Below are positions 13,401 to 25,449 of a stretch of 64,000 nucleotides of DNA, one piece after another. The stretch is from NCBI GenBank assembly GCA_030704615.1, contig CM060734.1, positions 50,344,001 to 50,408,000 of the forward strand. The letters are read 5' to 3'. This DNA is from Takakia lepidozioides (lineage: Eukaryota > Plantae > Bryophyta). Each line of letters opens with the position of its first letter. The first letter of the stretch is position 1. The notes beneath the pieces are model-generated. The model did no database searches. It saw only the letters and a program-made list of their open reading frames with translations, and was not told the DNA's origin. A program made the translations under genes and the position numbers.

Positions 13401-15247
13401 CTGTTATTCAAGGTCAAAAGCTGAAGCTCTTCTAGACAGTTAATTAACCGTCTGCCATTAGAATTCAGCTCGTCCTCACCAAAAGGTCCAATGATATCGT
13501 CCTGATGGATCCCTTTGCCCACCCGGGCATTGAAGTCCCCCAATAGTACCACCTGACCTTTGGCAAGGAACGAAGCACAGTCCAGCTTTACATCTTCGAA
13601 GGCCTTGTCTGCGTCAGCACTAAGGGTCCCCTCTGTGGGCATATAAACACAACCAACAAAGAGGTCCTTTGTACTCATGCCGCCCTTCAAATTCAGTTTT
13701 AGCCAGATACTATGCTCGTACCTCAAACCCTTGTTGATAATTTCACAATTGTCAAACAAGAAATCACGGACAAAGAATCCGACCCCTTTTTGACCACGTT
13801 TGGCAGAGGCTGCCTTGAGAGTACACATCTTACCTGCCCATTTATAACCAATGACATCTCCAACCAGTTTATCCGACGTTTCCCATGTTTCTTGCCCAGC
13901 ACAGATATGAATATCATTAGTCCGAAGAACTTGTCCCACTTCAAGTTGTTTCCTTTGGTTGGTCAACCCTGAGAAGTTGAAAGTGGCCAGCCGCAAGCCA
14001 GCCCTTTGCGTGTGAATTGTTTGTCGTCTAGGTAGCTTCTGATTGCTCCTGGACGGCCAACCGTTCTGCAAAGGGGGGACAGTTACCCCATGTGTAGATT
14101 TTGCTCGTCTTGTGTAAACTTTGAGAATTGGTAAACCATTCAGGGTACCAAATCTTTCAGTTACACGACACACAGGCTCCGCACACATAGGGGCAGATTG
14201 TCCGTCAGACTGCTTGGGGACAATTACCCCGTGTATAGATTTTGCTCGTCTTGTGTAGATTTTGAGGATTGGTAAACCATTTAGAGTACCAAATCCTTCA
14301 GTTACACGACGTTCAGGCTCTGCACACTTAGGGACAGATTGTCCATCTGACGGCTTGGGGACAATTACCCCGTGTATAGAATTTGTTCGTCTTGTGTAAA
14401 CCTTGAGGATTGGTAAACCATTCAGAGTACCAAATCCTTCAGATTCAGGACGTTCAGGTTCCGTACACTTAGGGGCATCTTGTCCTTCTGGCTGTTTGGA
14501 TTCAACCTCATCCAGAGCATCAAACCGATTAGAAACTCTCAAGTTGAAGTTGTTGCCCTTGGTTGTCTTCCTAGAGCGCCCCATTGAATCACCAATGTCT
14601 AAGACCGCTCTCCAGCCAGTCAAGGGACGAACTTCTTTGAGATTGAATTGATGCGGGACTCTATTAGAAGCACTTTTGGTCATTGCAACCTTCAACGTAC
14701 CCCTGTTATCAAGTCTCGAGATGGTACCATTAGCCATGAAATCCAAGCCTAAGCTAGAGCATGTAGTTTTAAAGGACACATCGTCTATCCTGGGATTCAC
14801 CCCAAAAACTACACATGAAGCCCTAGATTTGGCATAAGTAACCAATTCCCAGGGATCACCCTGAGGAGTGTTGATGTTGATAGGAGCTAAATTTTTTAAG
14901 CACAGGAACCAACCCGAGCCCAAGTGCCGAGTATGCTAGACAGAGCATACGACTGCCCAATTTGGGCGGAGGGGCTGCCCCCAAGCGGTAGGAGTCCACT
15001 TGTTACCATTCAGAGATCACACTCCAGGGAGTTGCAGGGAATGGCCCGTGTAGGCATATTCTAAAGAGGGAAAGGCCCCAAGCTTTCCAACTAAATCCAA
15101 TGCACTACCTTACCTCAAGCAAAGCGCTTCAGGTCGAAACAAACAAGGACACGAGGTCACAAGGCCGGCATTTAGTCACAGAGACATTAATGTACTCCCG
15201 TTTCAAGTCCACCCAATGTCAATAGGCTTCCTAGAGGACAGGGTGAT
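10402..15247 (-). mobile_element. Full-length LINE family A (APE endonuclease, RT, C-terminal CCHC; RTE/RTEX-like) with several frameshifts
   Basis: APE motifs ATFN, GQETW, LLGDFNA, VDYI, SDH. RT motifs NYRGITLL, FLDVKKAYDTV, GVAQGCTLSP, FADD, YLGV. Zinc motif CPLC..H...C. A 15-bp TSD tgcaccttaaataga lies at 10387-10401 and 15248-15262. Confidence 0.95.
14076..14490 (-). repeat. About 3 x 141-bp in-frame tandem repeat (47 aa) upstream of the LINE endonuclease
   Basis: The unit FGTLNGLPILKVYTRR...CAEPERRVTEG is repeated in ORF 12980..14923. Confidence 0.9.
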
Positions 15248-16625
15248 TGCACCTTAAATAGAATGATACTGGGAGCACTTTCATAGCGGTGTGAGTTTCG
15301 AACAGCCTCATCCTTACTGGGGTCTCCAGTTAACACCCACTCCTCTGCCATAGTCACCGGGGCTGGCCTTTCATAATTGTCAAGGTTGCCCAGTCCAGCT
15401 GGTGGCCGCTCCTCAGGTATACCAGCCATTGCCTCCCATGCTGCTTTCTGTGAAGGTGGGAGTGTTCCGAGCTTCCGTTTCCGGTTGCTGGTGTCTTTAT
15501 AAATGATTTTGTTACCACTGTCCCGTTGAGTCCAGGAAAATGCCCGGCGCTGCAATGAGTTACGTCTGCTGCTAAAGTTCGACCGTGCTGAAGTTGGCAA
15601 ATGGCCAGAGGGCTTCACAGTGGCTGGGGTAGTGAAAGTGGCCTGCGCTCCATAGGTGCATTGTTACTGAGAATCAGAGCTTTAGCAGCATAGTCAATAA
15701 TGAGCGGATCGTCCAATAAGAGGGAAATGCTTGTAAAAGCTGCAACAAGGACATTTTCCTGTTAATTTCCTATTAAGTTATGAAATGCGAAATCTAAAAA
15801 TGTCACTTTTAGACATCCCAACAATGCCTGACCAACAAAAAGTATCAGAATTTCACAAAAAGAACGCTGCCCCTCCGGTTAATATGGCTAGTAGATTAGA
15901 AAGGTGAACATTTGCCTCTGGCCCTTTCAAAGCATATGATAGAATTCGATCGATGTAATCATATTTCCACCTGTCTTAAGGGAGACTCATGGTTCCAGTC
16001 TAAAATATCGATATTCGCTGTGATCTGGATTCGCCTGTTTACTTTTACAGTAAAAACTAGACCAAGAAAAGAAGATCACATTACCTGAGAGGCAGCACCA
16101 AGCTGTTTCCACATAAGGAGCGTCTCAAGAATGAGACGGGGATGCTCATGCAGTGCAGAACAGCGCTGTTGCCATGGCAGTGGGAGGGCTCCCAGCATAC
16201 GCAGGCCCAAAGCCAACCGGTCCAGCCTTGCATGCTCTTCCTCAGACAAAGTCCCAACTCGCCGCTTCAGAAAGAAATGAACCTGCCATGCAGAATCCTA
16301 CGGGATTAAGCAATCCTATAACTATTCTCTCATTGTCTCAAACAAGAGATGCAAACGTCCACTCAAGCTGAAGTCATTGGGAAAATGCAGCCAAGTCGGT
16401 TTCTGACCTTCTTCATAAAGCACGTTATAAAGAACCATTCATTTCATGATTGCATCTCTGATTGACGACATTATCCAACAGCTGTAATAGACCCCTATTG
16501 AATGTGGTTAGATTGGAATACATTGTGCACGAATGGAAATTTTGGAGACACTAGGTCTTAAGAGGTTGCCATTTCTACAGTTTTGAGGGAAGCCTAAACC
16601 ATTTTTTCTCTATGATTAACAAAAT

Positions 16626-16696
16626 TTCCGCTCAAACTGGGCGCGGGGTCAATGGCAACAAGGCTACGGCAAACAACTTCTTATGAGTTCATTCTA
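16626..16696 (+). mobile_element. Short 3' end of LINE family A, opposite orientation
   Basis: ccgctcaaactgggcgcggggtcaatggc...cttatgagttcattct matches the family A terminus. Confidence 0.8.
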
Positions 16697-16784
16697 TGCT
16701 TAACAAAACTCACTAGACTTTTGCCTAGAGGGCCTATGGACGCTGTAGAACAACAAAAGAAAGACCTATCAAACCCTAAAAATT

Positions 16785-16857
16785 GTGGGACAGAAAAATG
16801 AAATGAAATGGTACTTTATAATGTCCGCAGAAAGCTCAAAGAGCTTCTGGGACAAAA
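16785..16857 (-). mobile_element. 3' end of non-LTR family B, opposite orientation to most other B copies
   Basis: Reverse complement of the B hairpin and CATTT tail. Confidence 0.75.
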
Positions 16858-16930
16858 GGGAGGAACCAGAAAGAAGAGACAAAACCACAGCCAAAAGCAG
16901 CCCAGAAGCAACTACTGCTGAAGGACGGAG

Positions 16931-17170
16931 AGATTGTACTCATATGACGTTGTTTGCCATAGCCTGGCCGTTGACCCCGCGCCCAGTTTGAGTGGAACAC
17001 AAAGGGATGGAACCTACCTTTGTCAGGGGCTGACGCTGGTAGTAAGACTTACCTTGGAATAAACAATTGATCCGGGTTTTCCAGATATCCTCTAGAAATC
17101 CCTTTACACAAGCATCAACCTGCTGTGTATGGTTTGCCCAATAACTAGGCCCCAAAAGGGCCTGGGCTTT
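16931..17170 (-). mobile_element. 5'-truncated LINE family A fragment
   Basis: ORF WANHTQQVDACVKGFLEDIWKTRIN...GRGVNG; ends GAGTACAATCT. Confidence 0.88.
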
Positions 17171-17353
17171 TGGACACAGAGAGAGAGAGAATGAACAAGC
17201 TTCCAGAAAAGAACTGACTTGTTTCTGAATTGTTTTGATCAGGACACCACATGTCTAATCTTATGCAGGATCCGTGTTCTTGCTGATAAAGGTTGTCTGT
17301 TATTAGGAGTTTTTCACCCTGAAACAAGTCTTACACTGGCTTGCTCTTTACAG

Positions 17354-17641
17354 GTGGAAGCACTATGTCAAAGTGATCCTGAAGGGTTGGCTCTCCGGCT
17401 AGCAGGCAAGGGAGCTGTATCAGCCGCACTTGATGTAGCCGAATCATTCAATTTGTCCAATGATTTGCGGAGAGAATTGCAGGGCAGGCAGCTGGTGAAG
17501 CTCTTGACCTCTGACCCAATCAGTGGAGGGGGCCCGCTGGAGGCTTGCGCTTTCTAAACTTTACGGAAACCAGAGGATGCATTGCCTGTGGCTATGGCAG
17601 CAATGGAGCAGCTTCCAAATCTGCAATCAAAACAGCTCCTG
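17354..17641 (+). pseudogene. ZFYVE26: Inverted exon of the ZFYVE26-like gene
   Basis: cag|VEALCQSDPEGLALRLAGKGAVSAALDVAE...ELQGRQLVKLLTSDP...QSKQLL|gt. It is 288 bp, phase 0/0, with TAA at 17555-17557. It fits between the minus-strand exons ending NWQE and starting VHFFLK. Confidence 0.9.
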
Positions 17642-19074
17642 GTAGTATTTGTCCTTCGTTTGCATGGATGCATGTTCCTCACATGCTGTATCTGCTGACG
17701 TTTATATGTACTGCTAACAGGAATGCAGCAGAAGATTTCAAAGTGGATCAACAGTTTTGCAGCTGGTGTTTCTTCCCTTCCCACTCCATGAAACCATTTA
17801 TCCCTACAGACTTCCATATCACTGTTTGTATTCCCATTGGTGTTGAACATTATTTCTTCCTTTTAATGTAAACATCCTTGCTTGCTTGTTGTGCCTTGCA
17901 AGTTCCTGTTTCATAAATGTTACCCGTTTAGCTAGACCTGCATTCGAGAAATTGGGTTACCATACAACTTCCATTGGAGCACTTGAAGAGATTGTTACGA
18001 AAAAGATAATTCATGCAATAGAATGCTGCACCTCCTGCCAATTGGTGAACCGACTGTCAGACCGCTGAATGCGGCCATATTGCTGAAGTGTCCGTCTCTT
18101 CCGCACCACCTGCATACACCCACTCCATCAGCATTTGACTTCACGCAAAGTGGTGCCCTAGCCCAGTGATACGGATGCCCTTACACCTTGATTTTCAGGT
18201 GACTTAGCCTCAAAATAAACTCAGACTACACAAGCTGTCTACAGTACTTTAAACTCAGACTACACAAGTTGTCTACTAGCTTGTAAGAATTCAGTGTTAG
18301 GATGCGGTTGTGTTGCAGTAGATTGGTGCTGAACACGTACTTAAGGGCAAGAGTGGCTGCCAGGCTCTTGTGGCGGACGCGAATACAGTACTGCCAGCTG
18401 CTGCTATACAGATGTGTAGCGCTGTAACCTGGCCATTGAGTACTAGTCTGTGATCCACTCTCCTCACCTCTTTCAATCAGTAACTGAAGCAATCCGTCAG
18501 AGGCCCCATCACATAGCCACCTGTCAGTCAGTGCCAATGCATCCACAAGCTTTCCCTCCTCCAGCAATCTGGAACCACCATAATGTCCAGTTTCACGTGA
18601 TTAGCAATGGAACACAACGGGTTTGTGAATTTCTAAGCACAATCAAGCATGAATGATTCAGCAACGCACAGTACCAGGTTCAGCCGATCAGCACATTGAT
18701 ATAACTTGCCTCAAGCACTTCCTAAACAAGCGTGAAAATAGACAAGTGTACATGATCATAAGGCCATACAAGACAGGCTGGATTGTTGCCACTCTAACTG
18801 AGCATCCGTGGCAGCATTCATGATCAAAATCTGGAACTTCTTAATACAAGCTACAGTTCCATACTGTGCAATCCTTGACTGCTCAAATCATTTCGTCTCA
18901 TAGCCATTTGCTCCCTTGTACATGCCAAACACATTTAAAATACCAAACAACTAACAACCCTAGACGCACAGATGGGCGATTTCCATGCAGAGCCCACCCT
19001 TTTGAGAGAGGGAAAACTTCAGTAGAGGAAGAGGCTTCTCAATACGCAGGTTATGTCTGGTGTCTTCTTCTTTC

Positions 19075-19297
19075 TTTCTTTGTTATAAAGCACCATATCA
19101 TTTCATTTCATTTCTCTTGTTTTTTCCCATTTTTTTGTTCCATAAGCTCTTTGAGCTTTCCGCGGACGTTATTAAGCACCATTTCATTCATTTCAGTTCA
19201 TTTCCGTCGGTGGAAAGCTCCTCTATCTAAGAAAGAAAGATAAGCTCTTTGAGCTTTCCGCAGACATTATAAAGTACCATTTCATTTCATTTCTCTT
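19075..19297 (+). repeat. Cluster of three short family B 3' ends
   Basis: Repeated taagctctttgagctttccgc..ttataaag.accatttcatttc. Confidence 0.75.
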
Positions 19298-20402
19298 GTG
19301 TCTTAGCTTGAAAAACAGATGGGGTTTGACTCCCGTTGTCATGGCAATGGGATGTTGCACAAACAAAAATGGACTTCACCTACCTTTGAACAGCATCTTC
19401 ATAGGGGGCCTCGTGCTCCCAGTCAAATAAAAGGGACAAAGGAGTACTTGGCTCTGGACCCCTGGCTTCCTTGGATGCTGGTGGCACTCCTTCATGAGCC
19501 TGTGGGCTGCAAAATTTGGGGGTCCATCCCACATCTAAGCCTGGCATTCCCAGCAAGACATGTTTCTCATCACTGTCAGAAGATGAGTCAGAATCCTCTT
19601 CTGCTGCACGGGGCCGCTTTGCTGAAGCACGTCTCTCCTCTTCCTTCTTAGGGTCCTCGTTAAGCTGTCGAGAGGAGGTTGGTAAACCAGACAAATGTTG
19701 CAAATTTGCTTACAGTTGGATCCACCGGTTCAACGTTGAGTAACTGCAATCCCCATTGTCCGTCACTGCTTAGCATGTTTATTAAGAGCATGCAGAGACC
19801 AGAAATGTCACCAGTAGGACATGTAAGACATCCTTGCATCAACTGAAATAAGTGGACCGCAGGAGGAAGGACTGAAGGTCTGAAAGCAGTGTATTTGTTG
19901 ATTCTTTCTGGATACACTGGATATATATTGGATAAACAGACCTTCAAGCTGGTCAAAGCTCAGTAATTAGGCATGAGATATGGCACAGAATATCATAGAT
20001 CCATGATAAACTTAACAGAACAATGTTGTAAAGAGAAGGCCCAAAAGTCAACCAACCGCTCAGACTGTTCTAAGGCAAATTCAAAGCATCCAGCTGTTGT
20101 TGTGCCAACTGTGGGATGCTGGAATCTGCATCACTGGTATCCCTGGGGCTTGTACTGAAATGGCTTTGGCCAAATACACAGGCAAGAATGGCGCGCACAG
20201 GCGACAGTGTGGCAAGGTGTTTTATGACATCTATCTGTAGAGGATATAGCTCTGTCTCATCTTCATTTGGAGAGGTCGTAGCGACGATGTGGACATCGTC
20301 ACCTGGGTTGTGAGCTTTAATTTAGTGCTCCATGCATGTAATCTTTGAGAATGGGTAACAAAAGCAAGAAAGCATGTGAAAGTGGGTACATCGACTCCTT
20401 AA

Positions 20403-21009
20403 CCCTTAAGTGTCAACCCGACCCGTTTTGGGTCGGTTAGGTTTCTTTAACCAGCCAAAACTTCCTGTGGTTAAGGCTGATTGACCTTTTTTTTGGCTCC
20501 ATCGACAGATAATCGGGTCCCCCTTCATATGGTCCCCCTTCATGACACTTCAACCAGAGGGATTAGGAATTGAACGGCTGAATTTGTTTGTATAATTTTA
20601 TGAAGAGATATTTTGACCCCCCCCAATTTGTCACTACAAAAGGAGCCCACTTGAGAACATTTCAGAAAAAACTGAAATTTTATGAGAATGTGTGTTATCA
20701 GGTATGGAACAACATTCTTGAGACTCTCAAACAGAAAAAGTAAAAAATGCCCAAATACGAGCAAAAAACTGCGTTTTTTGGCACCTAGTTCTTAGTGGAG
20801 ATTTCTTTATGTCCCCACTCTACACTTCATAATCTTCAGATCTGGCAGTTGGATTTTGGTGAAACTTTTTGTGGTAGGAGGTGGGGTAGGTGGGAAGTAA
20901 TTCCAACGGTCAGTTTTACAAGGACACAGATATTCTATAGATTTTTTTTTTGTGGGCCAGGGTCATGTTTTTCCACGAGAGGGTGAAAATGAGTTTTGAC
21001 ACTTAAGGG
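20403..21009. mobile_element. piggyBac-type non-autonomous element (607 bp)
   Basis: TTAA|CCCTTAAGTGTCAA...TTGACACTTAAGGG|TTAA, a perfect 14-bp TIR. A paralogous empty site with a single TTAA lies at 24249-24252. Confidence 0.92.
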
Positions 21010-21852
21010 TTAAAGAGCTTTGATGGTCTATGTTTCCTGTAGGCTAGCTATACTCGAAAATTGAATAGCTAACTAATGAATAATCTACTGGTAGGATATT
21101 AACTTTCCTTTTTCTCTCAGCAACATTGTTCTCGGAAGCTCAAAATATTTAACTCAACAACACTGCCTACCAACTTGCAGACAACTGCACACATCCATTA
21201 TCCAATGAAGTGATATGATTAAGCATTCTCTCTAGGATACCTGGTGCACCAAATCCGCTCCCATTATATCTACAACTTTCCTAGCTGCATCCGTGCTTCC
21301 CCGCTCGAACACTAGCCTAGTCAACAACTGCAAAACAAAAGAGCAGAGGTTGTTATCCACTGAATGCAGGGACTCATGAACTGGAGTGCTGGAAGACATT
21401 GACGTCGTCTTCAGTATAGCATCCTCGCTGTTTGACAAAAATCTTCTGATTCAATTCAGAATCAGACATAAGACCTAAGACATAGGGGAGCATATTGACA
21501 AGAAGAACTGACAAACACGACATGGCAAGTCAATTGATGAACCAGATGATGTGCCTAAATGGAACAGGCAAGGACACAGCAGAGGAAAGAGAATAATGCT
21601 AATGGGGATGGATTTGCACATCGTCTGGCAAAAGAAAAATAAAAGAATTCAGGATGTTCACAGGAGGTTTGGATGGCCTATGGGACAGTGGAGGAAAGGA
21701 AAGATAGAAACAAAGGAACTTTTATCAGACTAACAGAATGGGAATTGGTAAAGGTCTACATCATTGGGGCGCTCATAGACAAGTGCATTTGACATGTAAC
21801 TCTGTAAATGTTATATTTATTGAAATCATCCCTGGTTTACTGTTACATGGAT

Positions 21853-21979
21853 AAATGTTAAGAAGAATCTTGGTCACCCTCTTTAATTGGTAATATATTA
21901 TTACGCTGTTATTATTATTATTTTCTTACTCCCAAGACGTAACAATAAAGGAGGGTCGACAATAGTCTTCTTAACATTT
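21853..21979. repeat. Small foldback/MITE-like element with about 30-bp imperfect TIRs
   Basis: aaatgttaagaagaatcttggtcaccctcttt ... aaaggagggtcgacaatagtcttcttaacattt. Confidence 0.55.
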
Positions 21980-22629
21980 GTGTCTGAACTTGATGTTGTC
22001 TGAACTATTAGAAATAGTACGAAGTTTATGGATTTAGTGAAAAGTTTGAAGTGCTATCGCTCCAACAGCTCACCAGGTATGTGGTGGAAGCTGCATCCGT
22101 TGGGGAAGATCCAGCAGTGTTCCAAATATTGATGTATATTTACTGGTATGACCACACTTCAAAGACAGTAGTCAGGTGCATGCATGGAGTGTACTAAGGA
22201 AATTAGCTTTCCAATATGCGGAACTGCCCCTCCAAAGACAAAGTTTGTTTAACAAACGATGAACCATGACAAAATTTTACACATTAAGATCCAAGTTGTA
22301 AGAATCTATAATTATGAGGTCGAGGAGGTGTCAGATTTAAGACTCAACATTCTTTTGATCTGTCAACTACAAAACTATTTGAACCACCAACATGTATGAC
22401 TGCAGAACAGAGATTCTGATAGAATCAGAAACGCAGTTCATGCTCTCAGTTTCAGAAAGTTGTGATCATGAAAGTATGGTTGAGATTGACGTCTTGATGC
22501 TTGGAAGGAATTACGTGATGTTTGTAAAAACAGAAGATTTCCACATACCATGGCATCTCTCAGCGGCCGGCACAAGTGGTCAGCACAAGTATAACAGATT
22601 TTTGCTAGTTAGATAAGTCGACCAAAGGA

Positions 22630-22960
22630 AAAAGGATCTTGATGGCATGGATACGCATCCCAAGAGGCGTGCTTATAATGAGCCCCAAAGCAATGGCCAA
22701 CTTATCAATGTGGTGGCGTAGAGAAGATTCATTTTGCTACTCCTCCACATACCTAGAATATCAAGCACGTACAATGCCTACTTCATCTCCCCCATCCATC
22801 TCTTCACTTCACCATCGGATTTCCTCACATTTCCATGCTACTTGTCTTCCACAAACAACGTATGCACACCGCCGTCCTGCCCCTTTCTGACCTCCGTCAA
22901 TTTTCTCAATTTTCTCACGTCTTAGCAGCTGCAGCGTCCCGTGGATCCCTCGCAATATGG
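22630..22960 (-). pseudogene. Remnant of a PPR-protein E+/DYW domain
   Basis: SLRHHIDKLAIALGLIISTPLGMRIHAIK resembles the DYW motif HSEKLAIAFGLISTP.G..IR..KN. Stops are present, and no CxxC or terminal DYW is seen. Confidence 0.5.
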
Positions 22961-23461
22961 ACTTGAGTCCAACGACAAAAAAGATTTTGGAAATACGAAA
23001 AAAAAAAAAAACTGCAGCCAAATGAAAAATTAAAAAAGAAGAAAAAAAAGAAGAAGATGTTATATAGAAATTCCAAATTTATGTCTTGGCAGGGCCTGCG
23101 TGTATCTCACGCCTTGTTCATATTGTCTTCCTTTTTGCGCCAAAAAAAACATTGATCACCACCCTCTAGAAACCGTGATAGAGCGGAGCAGAGCAGGAAA
23201 GAGGAACGGGCATTCGTAACTTGTTACGTGGCCAGCGGAGGGGGACAACTTCTGGGAAATCCTTGCAGCGGGGAGGGGGCTCTGCGAAGGGACCATGCTC
23301 TCTGTAGGATATTCGAGATTTCGATGGCAATTCTCCTAGCTATACCAAGCTGCTTCGTTGAGGGTCCTTATGACTTCGTGAGTTCCGCCAAACGCCCTCC
23401 ATCCTACACTTGTTCTTCTAGCCATCCCTGATCACCATTGATTATTATTATTATTATTTGT

Positions 23462-24200
23462 AAGAGAAAGGTGAAACAGAAATCTGACATCTTTGAGAAG
23501 TTTAAGTTATTCAAAGTTTTTTCAGAGAATTACCAAACCGGTAGACTATTAAAGACCTTGAGAAGTGATAATGGGGGAGAATATATATCATTAATCTTGT
23601 ACCTACAAAGATTGTAAAAGGTATGGCTCCAGAAGAGGCTTGGAGTGGAAAGAAACCTTATGTTGGACATTATCGTTGTGAAGCTTATCCCCAAATACCT
23701 GGGTAGTTACGATTAAACTTGATGCAAAGGCAAGGAAATGCATTTTTTATGGGACATAGCGAAGTGACTAAAGGTTATCGACTTGTGATCCCATCAAACG
23801 ATATGTTAACTTCAATGAAACTCAAAGAACTCTTGAAGATGAGTCAGATTCAGGTACTAATGAGTTTGAGGCTGAACCAATCAATTTGGGAGAAGGAACA
23901 TATAATGTTCTTGTTGAGGTATCTGAAGGTAAGTTATCACATCTCAATGGTCAAGATGATGAGTATGGAGAGGTTGAAGCACCTGGATCATCTCGAAGCA
24001 GTATGCTATGAAGGATCTTGGTGAGATTTATTATTGTCTCGGGATACAGATTTTCCAAAATAGACGCAATCATACAATCCACTTCAGTCAATGGAAATAT
24101 ATTTCAAAGGATATATTGAAGAAATTTGGGATGACAATTGTAAACCTGAGGTGAAACGGATATTCCGTTACCTGAAAGGAACCCTTGATCACGGTCTCGC
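23462..24200 (+). mobile_element. Heavily deleted Ty1/Copia remnant
   Basis: FEKFKLFK..LKTLRSDNGGEY (integrase), PEEAWSGKKP, LDAKARKC..GHSEVTKGYRL, VKRIFRYLKGT (end of RT). Confidence 0.85.
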
Positions 24201-24204
24201 TTCA

Positions 24205-24450
24205 AAACAAAAAGCAAGAAAGCATGTGGAAGAGGTTACATCGACTCCTTAAACAGCTTTGATTGTCTATGACTTTCCTGTAGGTAGCTATACTAAAAAA
24301 TTGAATAGCTAACTAATGAATAATCTACTGGTAGGACATTAACTTTCCTTTTGCTCCCAGCAACATTGTTCTCAAAAACTCAGCATATTTAACTCCACAA
24401 CACTGCCTACCAACTTGCAGACAGCTGCACACATGCATTATCCAGTGAAG
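24205..24450. repeat. Diverged direct duplicate of 20355-20402 plus 21014-21215; other local duplicates 24450-24600/24988-25130 and 22335-22585/26645-26895
   Basis: Direct sequence comparison. Confidence 0.85.
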
Positions 24451-24649
24451 ATAACACATTGCATTTTGTCGCAGAAGCACAGAAGATTGGTTATAATTCA
24501 AAAGAGAAGCCATTAACTCAAAGAGACAATCTCCGGCAACATACGAATAGTCATGTTGTCAAACCAACCCTTCTTTTTACAACTTTGCATCAATGTCCCG
24601 CACTTGAAATTGGTATGTTATATGAGATTGTCTTGTTATGAAAGACGGG

Positions 24650-24900
24650 ACTATGGGCTCGAAATGACCCCCATGGTCCGATCTGTCTTCAAAGACCATT
24701 TGGAATGGAGGACGCTTGAACTGTTCACTACATTTAATCATGATTCTTGCACTCGTTCGAGACCAAACAAATATTGGACAAAAAAGATAATCGGACAACC
24801 AAAAATTAGCTGTGAAGTCTCCCCACAATCCTCCATTGGTTGCGCTTATAGACATTCTTTCAATGTACATTTCTAGTGTGCTGACTTGTCCGTTATGCAG
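24650..24900 (-). pseudogene. Possible C-terminal half of an OTU-like cysteine protease
   Basis: YIERMS...LWGD...LSDYLFCPIFVW...GGHFEP resembles the OTU WG and His boxes. No Cys box is seen. Confidence 0.35.
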
Positions 24901-25449
24901 AGATAGAAGAAATTCTGGAGAAAGTTGTCTTCGACAATCTGTAGCTGGTTGCGTATGGAGATCCAACGCTCCAACGCATTTTTAAAATGACACATTGCAT
25001 TTTGTCGCAGAAGCACAGAAAATTGGCTATAATTCAAAAGGAAGTCATCGAATCAAAGAGACAATCTCCGGTACGGATAGTCATGCTGTCGAACCAACCC
25101 TTCTTTTGACAACTGTGCATCGATGTCCCGTTCCCCAGTGTTTGCCATATTTATACGTAATGAAGAAGAATGATGGAATATTGATGTGCACTATCTGTAC
25201 GGATTTCAAATGTCCAATGCTTCTTTTCCCAATATAGCACTCAATTCCAACACCAATATATACAACACTCATACTTTTGCACCAATATTGGCACTTAGGC
25301 CGAAATGTCAGAACAGAAAAGGAATGTGATAGAAAACTCTCAGAACTTGCCACCAATTAGCCAGCTAGAAGCCCGGGTAGACCAGGCAAGAGCTCGTTTC
25401 AGAGAAACACAATCTAAAATGCAAGGGGCTGTGCTTATCCGGCTAACAC

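Larger units (their letters stand above)
4315..21327 (-). pseudogene. ZFYVE26: ZFYVE26/spastizin (SPG15)-like gene (AT2G25730 family), C-terminal half only, disrupted. Exons 21327-21241, 20302-20057, 19743-19384, 18568-18341, 18109-18032, [17354-17641 inverted], 16282-16085, 15739-15253, 9830-9669, 8489-8118, 7789-7707, 7571-7467, 7341-7107, 6958-6595, 6290-6195, 5677-5534, 5427-5339, 4944-4862, 4430-4315
   Basis: Recognised peptides: RLVFERGSTDAA, FDWEHEAPYE, LPLPWQQRCSALHEHP, AEEWVLTGD, DDSLSADSYLNVLYMP, IKGTIEDDDWDQ. Lesions: TAA at 19710-19712, frameshifts near 20085, 15720, 15640 and 6865, and a donor changed from GT to TT at 7706. A phase mismatch between the exons ending at 18341 and starting at 18109 implies a lost exon. 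The N-terminal and final exons are missing. Confidence 0.88.

Noticed and set aside
14076-14490. CRISPR-like array
   Set aside because: These are contiguous coding tandem repeats without unique spacers, in a eukaryotic context.
4315-21327. Functional scrambled or trans-spliced spastizin gene, or stops repaired by RNA editing
   Set aside because: Nonsense codons, multi-base deletions, a dead donor and missing exons occur together. Some 1-bp indels may be consensus errors, but not all lesions can be, and U-to-C editing is organellar.
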